A model generated the notes under the pieces. It was not told the origin of the DNA and did no database searches. It worked only from the letters and a program-made list of their open reading frames with translations. 64,000 bases of DNA from Acidobacteriota bacterium (GTDB taxonomy: Bacteria > Acidobacteriota > Thermoanaerobaculia > Multivoradales > J023). The stretch covers positions 8,798 to 72,797 of the forward strand of contig JAJCXO010000162.1 of the NCBI GenBank assembly GCA_029263395.1. Direction: 5' to 3'. This document shows, in pieces, positions 9,256-18,567 of this stretch; the stretch's first letter is position 1, and the number at the start of each line of letters is the position of its first letter. The position numbers and the translations under genes are program-made.

Positions 9256-10938
9256 TCATTTTTTAGCCTCCGAGGCCAGCACTCGTCCACCACGGCCGAT
9301 CCGAGTTCGGCGCTCGATGGCAAAGTTCTCGAGCCGGATTGCCGGGCGCTCTTCTGGTGACAACGACAAGATGTACGCCACCAGCCCCCAACGATCTTTC
9401 TCCTCCGGCAGCGCGCCATCAAAGGCTGGCATCGGCGTGCCGTTGAGACCGGTCACAAAAGTCCGATAAATATCTTCCGGTTCATGGCCATTGCGGAAAA
9501 CCCATTTGTTGGTCAGATCCGTCGAGGCAATGAAGTCCCCCCAGCTATCCTCCAACTCCGCGGCAGCCGGCCCGTCACCTTCTCCACTGGCCCCATGGCA
9601 GCGGTAACACTGTGCTTCGTTGTACACCATCTTGCCGTGATCAGCGAGCTGCATGAACTCTGCTGGTGGTTCTGGAATACTGATCGTTTCCGGTTGGTAG
9701 CCACTGCGCTTGGCTTCGAGGAAGTCGTCTGACAAAGCGATCAAATAACTCGACACATCGCTGACTTGCTGCGTATTGAGAAACTGTCCCCAGGCCGGCA
9801 TAGTGGTCCCCGGGACCCCCTCGCGCACCACACGTTCAATGTCTTCAACCAGTGGGAATTCTCCACTGATCGTCGAACGGAATTTGTAGACCCCTTCGGT
9901 GAAGTCACGTGGTTTGACGTCGAAGCCCGCTGCCAAGAAACCGTCGCCATCTCCACGAATGCCATGGCACACTGCACATTGCTGGAGATAAATCTGCTGC
10001 CCTCGCTGCATGGCAATCGTTTCCGGCAAGTCGTCTGGAACCTGCACTGCCGGCGGATTGGGATCATATTTCTCGAGATTCGCCTGCACGGCTCCTGGCT
10101 CGACGTAGGAAATAGCTTGACCTGGCGTCGCAGGTGGATCCTGCTTCGCCCAGTTCCCTTCCGACGCGAAACCATGACCGAATAGGTCATACATCTTGAA
10201 GAAGTCCGCCACCCGACAATCGGTCAGCACTTCCCGCAACTCGTGGTAATAACGTCGGAAGGAATATGTGAACGAAACGCCCTGACCACCGAGCAGATGG
10301 ATCACTCCATCCACCGGATCGACCACCGCTTCCTGATGGAAAAGGTAACGATAATACGGGCTCGTCGAGCCGCCGATGTGTTGGAGGAACTCGACCCAAG
10401 GCACCGGTGACGCAGGATCTATTTCAACCAAACGATCTTTGACGTTGACGCCATAAACGCCGCCATACTTTTCGAAAAAATCGGGGAACATCGTATCCGT
10501 CCAACGATGTTCTCCAATCACATGACCAATCGTGAAGCCAAAGCTTGCCAGGGTGTTGCGCTCCCAATGGGAGCCCGGCGCCCAATAAAAAATCACGCCA
10601 CCTTCCGGCCCATCCCAATCTGTTCCGCCATATTGCTCCACTTGATGTTCGGCAATTTTGTTGTTGAGCGCCCAGAACACAAAATCGATCCAACGCGGAT
10701 CACCGGGCACCAGGGTGAGGTCGTGATCGGTGAGCGCCGAGTCCGGGTTATAGGAGGTCCGCACATCGGAACACGCCTCGCCCCACTCGCTCGACGTCCA
10801 GGCCTGAGGACTGAGGTGATCCTTGTTCGAAGTGCCGCCCTCCTCGGGCGCGTTCGCATAAGCGAAATACACGCACGACAGCCCGCAAACCACGAGCAGC
10901 GGACACAGAACGGACAGAGCGAGAATACGACGGCGCAT
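9256..10938 (-). CDS. Secreted di-haem c-type cytochrome with an ~290-aa N-terminal domain of unknown function
   Basis: Signal peptide. Two CxxCH motifs (CAVCHG, CYRCHG) in the C-terminal half, each followed by a Met-containing segment. The N-terminal domain is unassigned. Confidence 0.7.
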   Translation of the reverse strand: MRRRILALSVLCPLLVVCGLSCVYFAYANAPEEGGTSNKDHLSPQAWTSSEWGEACSDVRTSYNPDSALTDHDLTLVPGDPRWIDFVFWALNNKIAEHQVEQYGGTDWDGPEGGVIFYWAPGSHWERNTLASFGFTIGHVIGEHRWTDTMFPDFFEKYGGVYGVNVKDRLVEIDPASPVPWVEFLQHIGGSTSPYYRYLFHQEAVVDPVDGVIHLLGGQGVSFTYSFRRYYHELREVLTDCRVADFFKMYDLFGHGFASEGNWAKQDPPATPGQAISYVEPGAVQANLEKYDPNPPAVQVPDDLPETIAMQRGQQIYLQQCAVCHGIRGDGDGFLAAGFDVKPRDFTEGVYKFRSTISGEFPLVEDIERVVREGVPGTTMPAWGQFLNTQQVSDVSSYLIALSDDFLEAKRSGYQPETISIPEPPAEFMQLADHGKMVYNEAQCYRCHGASGEGDGPAAAELEDSWGDFIASTDLTNKWVFRNGHEPEDIYRTFVTGLNGTPMPAFDGALPEEKDRWGLVAYILSLSPEERPAIRLENFAIERRTRIGRGGRVLASEAKK

Positions 10939-11111
10939 AGCGAAGCCTCCTTCGGTGAAATCGGATAGATGACTCTTTTATCCAAAATAGAGGACGCAAT
11001 ACTGGATGTCAAGGTCTTCTTTTGCTAGTGTCTCGTTTGTTAGAGTCGAGCCATCGTGCTCGGAGCCAGCCTTCGAGTTCCCTAGTCATCCTCTGGTTCT
11101 GAGGCGTTGAC

Positions 11112-11564
11112 GTGTTCTCTCAAACCGCAGAATATGCCTTACGAGCCGTCGTCTGGCTAGCTGATCAAGACGATGCCAAGCCTCTCGGGGTACAGCCCAT
11201 CGCTGCCGGAACGCAAGTCCCAGCGAGTTACCTCTCCAAGGTTTTGCAAGGGCTTTCAAGGGCTGGCCTGGTCGCCTCCCGCCGTGGGGTCGGTGGCGGC
11301 TACTCGCTGACGCGAGAGCCGACCGACATCACCGTCTTAGATGTGATCAACGCCGTCGACCCGATCCAACGCATTCACGGCTGCCCGCTCGGCCTCGAGA
11401 GCCACCAGCATCAACTCTGCGCTATGCACGCACGGCTCGACGAAGCCGCCAGGCTAGTTGAAGAGTCGCTCCGCAACTCGACTATCGCGGAATTGCTGAA
11501 CACCAGCACCAGGCCTCAGCCGATGAAAGAGACGGCGTCGATCCGTTCCCTGCCGGTTGTCTGA
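11112..11564 (+). CDS. Rrf2-family transcriptional regulator (IscR/NsrR-like)
   Basis: N-terminal Rrf2 HTH (AEYALRAVVWLA...YLSKVLQGLSRAGLVASRRGVGGGYSL). C-terminal Cys/His residues (HGCPLG...HQLCAMH) could ligate a cluster. Transcribed divergently from the di-haem cytochrome gene. Confidence 0.8.
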   Translation: MFSQTAEYALRAVVWLADQDDAKPLGVQPIAAGTQVPASYLSKVLQGLSRAGLVASRRGVGGGYSLTREPTDITVLDVINAVDPIQRIHGCPLGLESHQHQLCAMHARLDEAARLVEESLRNSTIAELLNTSTRPQPMKETASIRSLPVV

Positions 11565-11637
11565 AGACCGTGCCTGACGGTTCGCTCCGGGCACAACGAA
11601 CCGGGTCAATTCCGGGGACCGAGTAAACTTAGGGACC

Positions 11638-12579
11638 ATGCGAATCCTCCTAACGATCGGTTGCTTGCTACTGGCGATGCCTGCCTTGGCGCAGGAGCCC
11701 CTCCAGATCACTCTGCTCGGCACCGGCAACCCAAGGCCTTCGATGGAGCGTTTCGGGCCTTCGATCCTGGTCGAAGCCGGCGACACCCACATCCTCATCG
11801 ACGTCGGCCGCGGGGCGTTGCAGCGGATTTTCCAGATCGGTGCGGCACCAGGCATCCGCGACATCGACTTGGTGTTGCTCACCCACCTGCACTCGGATCA
11901 CGTGGTTGGTCTTCCCGACTTCTGGCTCACCGGCTGGGTGTTCGGCCGCGACCGACCGTTGCCGGTCATCGGTCCGCCAGGTACCGAATCGATGTGCCAT
12001 CACCTCGACCAGGCCTTCGCCTTCGACAAGAAGGTTCGCGGTCGAGATAGTCGATACGAGGCCGAGGGTATCGCGCTCAAGGCCCGAAACATCCAACCCG
12101 GCGTAGTCTACGACGCCGACGGCGTCAAAATTACCGCCTTCGAAGTTGATCACGGTGACGGTATCGCGCCGGCCTACGGCTACCGCGTCGACAACGGGGA
12201 CTACTCCGCTGCTTTCTCCGGCGACATGAAGTACGACGAACGCATCGTCGAGCATGCCAAGGGTGTCGACGTGTTGGTGATGGAAGTGATCAGTGCCGAA
12301 GTCGAATTGGCAAAGGCGGCGGTCAAAAGCCAGGAAGCGATCGCCAAAGTGATCTCCCATCACATCAGTGAAGAGCAAGCCGGCAGCCTCTTTACGCGCA
12401 TCAAACCGCGCCTCGCGGTTTACTCCCACATTGTGCCGTCACCCGCCACCGCCAAAGATCTCATTCCCCCAACCCGCCGCACCTATGACGGCCCGCTCGC
12501 CGTCGGTTATGACTTGATGACCGTTGTCATCGGCAAAACCGTCGAGGTGTATCCGCGGCGGGTGATCAACGAGCCTTAG
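11638..12579 (+). CDS. Secreted MBL-fold metallo-hydrolase
   Basis: Signal peptide. HxHxDH motif (LLTHLHSDHVVG). It begins 'ITLLGTGNP' like RNase Z/ElaC-type beta-lactamase-fold enzymes. Confidence 0.8.
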   Translation: MRILLTIGCLLLAMPALAQEPLQITLLGTGNPRPSMERFGPSILVEAGDTHILIDVGRGALQRIFQIGAAPGIRDIDLVLLTHLHSDHVVGLPDFWLTGWVFGRDRPLPVIGPPGTESMCHHLDQAFAFDKKVRGRDSRYEAEGIALKARNIQPGVVYDADGVKITAFEVDHGDGIAPAYGYRVDNGDYSAAFSGDMKYDERIVEHAKGVDVLVMEVISAEVELAKAAVKSQEAIAKVISHHISEEQAGSLFTRIKPRLAVYSHIVPSPATAKDLIPPTRRTYDGPLAVGYDLMTVVIGKTVEVYPRRVINEP

Positions 12580-12654
12580 CCTGACATCCGCTCGGGGTCA
12601 GCCTGAGCGCGGGGAGCCGAGGCTCCCCTTGGGTCCGCAAGACGCTGGGTCAAC

Positions 12655-14652
12655 TCAGGCCAGAATGTCTTGGTCAGCGTCTTCGATGAAGTCGAGCGCG
12701 ATGTCGATGAAGAGATCACGAAAGAACGGAATGCCCGTGATAGCCGCAATCTCCAGACTCGTTTTGGCGGCCTTCAAGTCTTTCACCGCCGCGGGATGCA
12801 ACCCGCCACCGTCCAAGACCTCGATCGCATCTTCGACTTCCGCAAACGCCAACCCAAGCAGCGACTGGGCGGTAGCGAAGTCGTTGACATCCTTCACAAA
12901 GGTTGCGGTTTCGTTGGCGCTGCGGTTGTTCTCGAGTGCATTGATGACCCGCAAGAAGGCACCAACCGCCACCACCTGAGTGGCCTCGAGATCGATGCCA
13001 ACGCCTCCTGAGTCGACCGAAACCAAGAACTGACCAATCGGTGAGTTGTTGAACGCGTCGCTGTTGTAGAACGCGACCGCACCCTCGACGGTCTCGACCG
13101 AGTTGTTGTGAAAGAACGGTCCGGTGTCCGCAGCCTCAACGATCACTGGCGTATTGAACGAGCCGTCACCGAAGCCGCCGTTGGGGTTCGGCACGCGACC
13201 AAACCCACCGTCGGGTGGATTGTTGGCGGCATCGACGAGGTCCGCCGGTTGGTCCGGTAGATCCTCGACGCCGGTGTTGAAGTTACGGTTCTCGAAGCCA
13301 CCGGTGAGAGCAAAGTTGGCTCCACCGTTGAAATGGCAGGTATTACATTTGCCGGCTGCAACGGTGCCACCCACACTATCGGCTGCCACGAAGATTTCCT
13401 GCCCGCGGGCCGCAACCTCGCTCGATAACGCCAACGTCGACAGGTCCAACTCGTCTTGACGACCGAGGAAAAGCTGGAAAGCCTCCATAGCGTCGAGTTC
13501 GGCATCGGTGGGCAGACGGAAGTCGACATTCGGCGTTCGCCCCAGGGTCTGCGGGAAATGCTGCGTAACGGCACCGATAGCGAACTCGCGCAGAGTACCG
13601 CTGCCGGGTGAGCCATCACCCGACCAACCCGTCCGCTCGTCGGGAGGTGTGGTGGTGCCGTCAGCGCCCGGTGTGAGGGCATTACCCATCGCCAAAGTGT
13701 GGGGCACCCCGCGCATCGTGAAGCTGTTGGCCAGATCCCCGAAACCGTCGGTATTCTCCAAGATAAGGCCAACTTTTCGCATCAACTCGGGCTTTTCGAA
13801 ATTCGACATCAACGCCGGCACGAACTCGGCCACGAACAGCGGATCATCGTCCGGTAAGGTTGCGATGAATTCCGGATCGATCGTGAAGTTGTGTTCCGCC
13901 GGATGGCAAGTGCCGCAGGTACGGCCGTTCCCCGCGAAGGTCTCATTGAAAAAGAGATCGGCGCCTTGCTCGATCAGTGGATCGAAGGACGGGACCAGAT
14001 CACTGGCAAAAACCGGTTGGGTACCGAGGGCGCCGAGCGCTGCCAAGACCGTCCCCGGTTCTTGGCCCTCGAACGGTACGCGTCCGCTTCGCACCCGGGT
14101 GTACATGCGCTGCATGAGACTCGAAGAGCCGACTAGGACCCGCGACTCTACAGGAGCTTGACCTGCTCGGCTGACGACGATCAAGTCGACCTCGAACATT
14201 CCGAAGGCGTTGCCAACATCTGCGCTCAACACCGCACGATCACCCTCGGACACCAGCGTTCCGACGTGCAAGTAGTTGTCTTCCGTTTCCGGTAAGACCG
14301 AGCTGTCATTCAAATTGTCGACCAACCAGACTTCCGAGATCTCGGAATCGGCCAGCCCCTCAACTTCTACTTGGACCTTGCCGTCGATCAGATCGAGCCT
14401 GGCTTTGCCCTTGGCATACGTGTGTTCCACCGACAGCCCCTTGGACCAGCCGAGGCTCATGACGACATTTTTGTCGCCGCCATTCGCAACGTGACGCTCC
14501 GACCAACTGGCGAAGGCATACTCCAAACTGTCGGCTTTGGTCATCGAAATGTAGGGCGAGACAGCCTCGTCCGATGGCGTGAAGTAGTTGGACGCTGGGT
14601 AGACCAGAGTCAGGCTCAGTAGGGCCGCGATGAGAAGGTAACGCTTCTTCAT
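12655..14652 (-). CDS. Di-haem cytochrome c peroxidase (CCP/MauG family) with an N-terminal extension
   Basis: Signal peptide. Two CxxCH motifs in CCP-like contexts (LFFNETFAGNGRTCGTCHP and GKCNTCHFNGG). Also the conserved 'GPFFHNNSVETVEGAVAFY' segment. The ~230-aa N-terminal extra domain is unassigned. Confidence 0.75.
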   Translation of the reverse strand: MKKRYLLIAALLSLTLVYPASNYFTPSDEAVSPYISMTKADSLEYAFASWSERHVANGGDKNVVMSLGWSKGLSVEHTYAKGKARLDLIDGKVQVEVEGLADSEISEVWLVDNLNDSSVLPETEDNYLHVGTLVSEGDRAVLSADVGNAFGMFEVDLIVVSRAGQAPVESRVLVGSSSLMQRMYTRVRSGRVPFEGQEPGTVLAALGALGTQPVFASDLVPSFDPLIEQGADLFFNETFAGNGRTCGTCHPAEHNFTIDPEFIATLPDDDPLFVAEFVPALMSNFEKPELMRKVGLILENTDGFGDLANSFTMRGVPHTLAMGNALTPGADGTTTPPDERTGWSGDGSPGSGTLREFAIGAVTQHFPQTLGRTPNVDFRLPTDAELDAMEAFQLFLGRQDELDLSTLALSSEVAARGQEIFVAADSVGGTVAAGKCNTCHFNGGANFALTGGFENRNFNTGVEDLPDQPADLVDAANNPPDGGFGRVPNPNGGFGDGSFNTPVIVEAADTGPFFHNNSVETVEGAVAFYNSDAFNNSPIGQFLVSVDSGGVGIDLEATQVVAVGAFLRVINALENNRSANETATFVKDVNDFATAQSLLGLAFAEVEDAIEVLDGGGLHPAAVKDLKAAKTSLEIAAITGIPFFRDLFIDIALDFIEDADQDILA

Positions 14653-15115
14653 TGTCCGAGTCCTCCATGGGGTTGCAGGGTCGCACGATAGGCCCGAGCC
14701 CTACCCCGTCGAGAGGTAGACGTTCCCCTTTGGGGCGGCAAGCTCGGCGCCCGGTTTCAGGAGCATCAATGCCACGTTTGGGCAGACGCTCACTACACGA
14801 GAGCCGCATCGGACGACTCTCGCTAACTCAGGAAATCACTCAGCAGTTTACCAACAGTAAGAATTATCCTACAAGTTTATTGGCTAAAGATTTCGTGAAG
14901 ACTCTTCGCTCGTCGAAAGGGCTCGGCTGAACCCAGGGTGTAAACCCGCGGCGGCGGTCATGGACAGTCGACAACCCAAGGGACAAAATGCTCAATTTCA
15001 TTCCAGGTAATATTCTTTTCCTCCCATTAGGACGCATCGAGTGGTGGAACTCCAGTTTGGCCAGGCTTTCAGCTCAATTACCGGGCTTTCGACCCTAAAT
15101 CGTCCTTTTTTGCCG

Positions 15116-15245
15116 GATGGCTGAACGATTTTTGCGTGGTACAGCGATCGGCCATCCAATGGCGGATCGATTTTTGCGTGGCACAGCGATCGGCCAGCCG
15201 ATGGCTGATCGATTTTTCCGTGGCACAGCGATCAGCCATCGGATC
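15116..15245. repeat. Three tandem ~42-bp units, each a hairpin (12-bp stem GATGGCTGATCG / CGATCAGCCATC, ~17-nt loop)
   Basis: Read directly. The third unit is a perfect inverted repeat. Units 1 and 2 have 1-2 mismatches. The region is an AT-rich ~850-bp intergenic stretch. Confidence 0.7.
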
Positions 15246-15284
15246 TTTTGACGCATTTACAAGAAATAACGGTCAAACCAAGGG

Positions 15285-15460
15285 AAGTTCTGACGATTCA
15301 ACGCTCGTAAATCGTCAGAATTTCCAGATTTCTGACGGTTCAGCGCCTGCAAATGATCAACATTCTTAGAATTGTGATGATTCATGGGCAGTCAAACCGT
15401 CAGAATTTTCCAAATTATGACGATTCAAGAACGCTTGAACAGTCAGAATTTTGCCTCTCG
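15285..15460. repeat. Cluster of inverted and direct repeats built on TTCTGACG / CGTCAGAA(TTTCC)
   Basis: TTCTGACGATT-N14-AATCGTCAGAA. TTCTGACGGTT-N~55-AACCGTCAGAA. Three copies of GTCAGAATTT(T)CC. The region is AT-rich. Confidence 0.6.
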
Positions 15461-15506
15461 ACGGGCTGCCGCCGGACACTCCAGCATTGTTCTGCAGATC
15501 GCACCG

Positions 15507-16682
15507 TCAAACTGAACGCCGACTGAGCAGCGCCCGAACGACAAAAGGGATCACCAGACAGGTGACGAGAGAGATGAAGGCGATGCCTGAATAGACCTCA
15601 GCAGGCATCGCCCAGTCGCCCAGATCACGGGCCTGTTGACCGATGACCATCGCGATCTCGGCCCGTGGCACCATGCTGACACCGATCAGGAGCGCCCCGG
15701 GACCGCTGGTTGTCAACAAAGCTGGCAAGCCGGCACCAATGACCTTGCCGAGCACGGCGACCACCAGCAGCACCCCGCCGATCTTCATCGCCGATCCGAG
15801 GGACTGCGGCTCGATCCGAAACCCGATGGCAATAAAGAAAAACGGCACAAAAAAAGCACCCAACTCGACAAACGACGTTTCGAGCCGAACCGCTTCTGGA
15901 TCGCGGCTGAAGACCAGTCCAGCAAAAAAGGCGCCGATCGCCATCGAGAATCCGAACAATGATGCTACCGATGCCACGATCAACCCAGCACCGATGAGGA
16001 TCAGGGCCGAGCCGGGTTCGTCGGTGCCGCGCAGTGCCTTGACGAGAGGCCTCTCCGCAAATCGCGCCGCGAGCAGACACAGAACAGCAAACACCACAAC
16101 CTTGGCGCCAAACACTAGGCCGATCTGACCAGCCAAGGCTAGCTTGGAGGTTTGGCTTCCTTTGTAGAGCGCGGGAGCCAACGCCAGTGCGAACGTCATC
16201 AAGGCGACCCCGGACAGATCATCCAACTCGGCGACATCGATCAGCGTCTCACCATCGGCGCTGTCGAGAGCCCCTGCTTCACGCCACATCTCGGTCGACA
16301 CCGCGATGCTCGTCGCCGTCAACGCAACCGCAACGAACATGCTAGGGACTGGATCGAGGTCGAGCACCCATTTGCAGAGGACGTATGCCGGCGCCCCACT
16401 CAATACGACATTGCCAATCCAGATCGGAGCGGCGCGCGGTACCTTCCTGATGAGGGCGTGCAGATTGCTATCCAAACCGACTCGAAACAACAAGACAAAG
16501 ATCCCGATGCTCGCCAAGAACTCGAGGAGATGTTGACCATCGGTCGAAAGAAACGGCAACGAGTCGTTTACCAGTCGGACGACGAAACCGAGCAGAATAA
16601 ACCCGACCAGCGCTGGCGCCCCCAAACGCTCGAACCACAAACGCACATACAGCGCGGCAATAATGAGAATGCCGATCAGCAT
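15507..16682 (-). CDS. Cation:proton antiporter (Na+/H+ exchanger, CPA family)
   Basis: 391 aa with ~11-12 TM helices. Typical CPA segments are visible (GFILLGFVVR..., LLFRVGLDS, IGAFFAGLVFS). Confidence 0.8.
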   Translation of the reverse strand: MLIGILIIAALYVRLWFERLGAPALVGFILLGFVVRLVNDSLPFLSTDGQHLLEFLASIGIFVLLFRVGLDSNLHALIRKVPRAAPIWIGNVVLSGAPAYVLCKWVLDLDPVPSMFVAVALTATSIAVSTEMWREAGALDSADGETLIDVAELDDLSGVALMTFALALAPALYKGSQTSKLALAGQIGLVFGAKVVVFAVLCLLAARFAERPLVKALRGTDEPGSALILIGAGLIVASVASLFGFSMAIGAFFAGLVFSRDPEAVRLETSFVELGAFFVPFFFIAIGFRIEPQSLGSAMKIGGVLLVVAVLGKVIGAGLPALLTTSGPGALLIGVSMVPRAEIAMVIGQQARDLGDWAMPAEVYSGIAFISLVTCLVIPFVVRALLSRRSV

Positions 16683-16842
16683 TCGGAGACATACAGCCCA
16701 TTGGGGTCGACCATCACTAGATCCTACATGGCCAGCAGGTCACACACAGCCAGCAGGTCATACACGACCAGTAGATCCTTATACGGCAAGGGGAGCCGAA
16801 GCATCCCTCTGGTCCGCAACGGCTGGCCACGACGCTTGCAAC

Positions 16843-18348
16843 TCAACCGTGGTCGATCAAGGCTTTGACAATGCGGTCCTGAGCTGCCTTGGCCTGGCTG
16901 GGACCGCGGATGCTGTTGAGCAAGATCGAAAACGCGTATGTTTTGCCAGAGCGGGCGTTGGCATAACCAGAGAGTGTGGAGACACCACTCAAGTAACCGG
17001 TTTTGGCTTTCACCTTGCCGCGATAGCGTGGGCTGGCCAGCCGCTTCCTCCAGCTCAGATCGCGCTCGCCACTGTAGGGCAAAGTGGCGACGTATTCGTC
17101 ACCCCATAGGTGGAAAAACATGTGCCGCAGTAGATGGGTGAGCCGCTCAGGGGTGAAGGTGTTGTTACGACTCATGCCCGAGCCGTCCGCGAGGCTGTAA
17201 CTCCCGGGCTCGATACCCACTTCACTCAGAAACTCACTGACGGCACGCACCCCTGCGGACCAGGTGCCGCTACCGCAGAATTGGGACCCCAACAGCTTGA
17301 TCACACTTTCGGCATAGAAGTTTTGGCTGCGCTTATTGACGACACCCAACACCGTGAGGAGGTCGGTACGATGGGTGGTGACGCGCCGCCAGGGAGGCGT
17401 GTCCTGCGGCAGCTGCGGCGTCGCCAGTATTTTTCCGGTGACCGGGATACCCTCCTCGACCAAGGCGGCACGCAGGGCCACGCCAAAATAAGTCAGGGGA
17501 TCCGCTACGGTGACCCACTTGTCGTACGGCTCATTGCGGCGGTAGATCCGCCCGCCGACGGTGAGCACGTTTTCCTCACCGGCAGCGGTCCCGCGGTCGA
17601 TCTTCAACCATTGGCTGCTGGCACGGTCAGTGGTGGTCGCGCTGCTCGCGAACTCGAAGATTGAGGACGACGGCACGGTTTCGACCCGGGCGGCGCTGCC
17701 CGGCAAACCGCCTGGAGTGACCTTCACCAACACACAGTTGTCATTGAACGACAAACCCGCAACCGGTGCCTCGTACCAGCGGGTCAGCTGATCCTTGGGC
17801 CAATCGGGATGGACAAACTCGGAGTCGAAGACGCCATCCACTAACAAAAGATCGCCGTTGATCCGCCGGATACCGACCCCTTCGAGCGCCGCTGCCCATT
17901 CCCGGAACGGCCCATAAGGATCTCCCTGGTAATGCCGCCCCGACAGAGCCGGATCGCCACCGCCAAGAATCGCCAACGTACCGTGCAGGGTACCGTCGAC
18001 CAGCTCGCCGCGGACCAGAACTTCGGTCTCGAAGAAGTAGCCCGGGCCGAGGCGATCCAACGCTGCCGCCGAGGTGATGATTTTGGTATTGGACGCCAAG
18101 ATGCGCCGGGTGTCGGCGTTGTAGCTGTATTTCGTATCGCCGCTGGAGAGCTCTCGGATGTGTACTCCGAGAGCCGGCGCCACCTTGCGGGCGGCGGAGA
18201 CCTGGGCGTTGACGGCAGACTTGAATTGGGCGGTTTGGGCAAAAACCGACGGAGCGACCCCGAACGCAATAGCGACGAGTAGGCCAACAACCCACGGCTC
18301 AGCGCGCTCGGCGAAGGAACTCTGCCGCGTAGAACGATCGAAGTTCAT
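16843..18348 (-). CDS. dacB: D-alanyl-D-alanine carboxypeptidase/endopeptidase (PBP4, peptidase S13)
   Basis: Signal peptide. SxxK motif (ASNTK), SxN-like motif (DGSGMSRNN) and KTG motif. Overall PBP4 length. Confidence 0.85.
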   Translation of the reverse strand: MNFDRSTRQSSFAERAEPWVVGLLVAIAFGVAPSVFAQTAQFKSAVNAQVSAARKVAPALGVHIRELSSGDTKYSYNADTRRILASNTKIITSAAALDRLGPGYFFETEVLVRGELVDGTLHGTLAILGGGDPALSGRHYQGDPYGPFREWAAALEGVGIRRINGDLLLVDGVFDSEFVHPDWPKDQLTRWYEAPVAGLSFNDNCVLVKVTPGGLPGSAARVETVPSSSIFEFASSATTTDRASSQWLKIDRGTAAGEENVLTVGGRIYRRNEPYDKWVTVADPLTYFGVALRAALVEEGIPVTGKILATPQLPQDTPPWRRVTTHRTDLLTVLGVVNKRSQNFYAESVIKLLGSQFCGSGTWSAGVRAVSEFLSEVGIEPGSYSLADGSGMSRNNTFTPERLTHLLRHMFFHLWGDEYVATLPYSGERDLSWRKRLASPRYRGKVKAKTGYLSGVSTLSGYANARSGKTYAFSILLNSIRGPSQAKAAQDRIVKALIDHG

Positions 18349-18567
18349 GGTAGATAATCGGTTAGGCTACAGAAGAAAACAACAGTATTGACGAACAAAT
18401 CTTACCTTACGCGCACGCGGCTGGACACACAATCAGCCAGACTAGATCGGTCTACGAGACGTCATGCTGGCGGCGGTCGTCGCACGGTGCTCTCGTCGCC
18501 AATGACCAGACCTGGTAGCCTTTACCCGTGTCGCTTCCAGGACGATTCCACCAACACTGGCGGCAGT

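Noticed and set aside
9179-9260. Rho-independent terminator for the permease gene (CTCGAGTT…AACTCGAG stem; AGACGTCT followed by TTTTTT)
   Set aside because: The stems are short and either lack a T-tract or have almost no loop. The call is too weak to make.
8930-9469. 179-aa plus-strand ORF after the ADOP permease
   Set aside because: It overlaps the well-supported minus-strand di-haem cytochrome gene. The translation is low-complexity.
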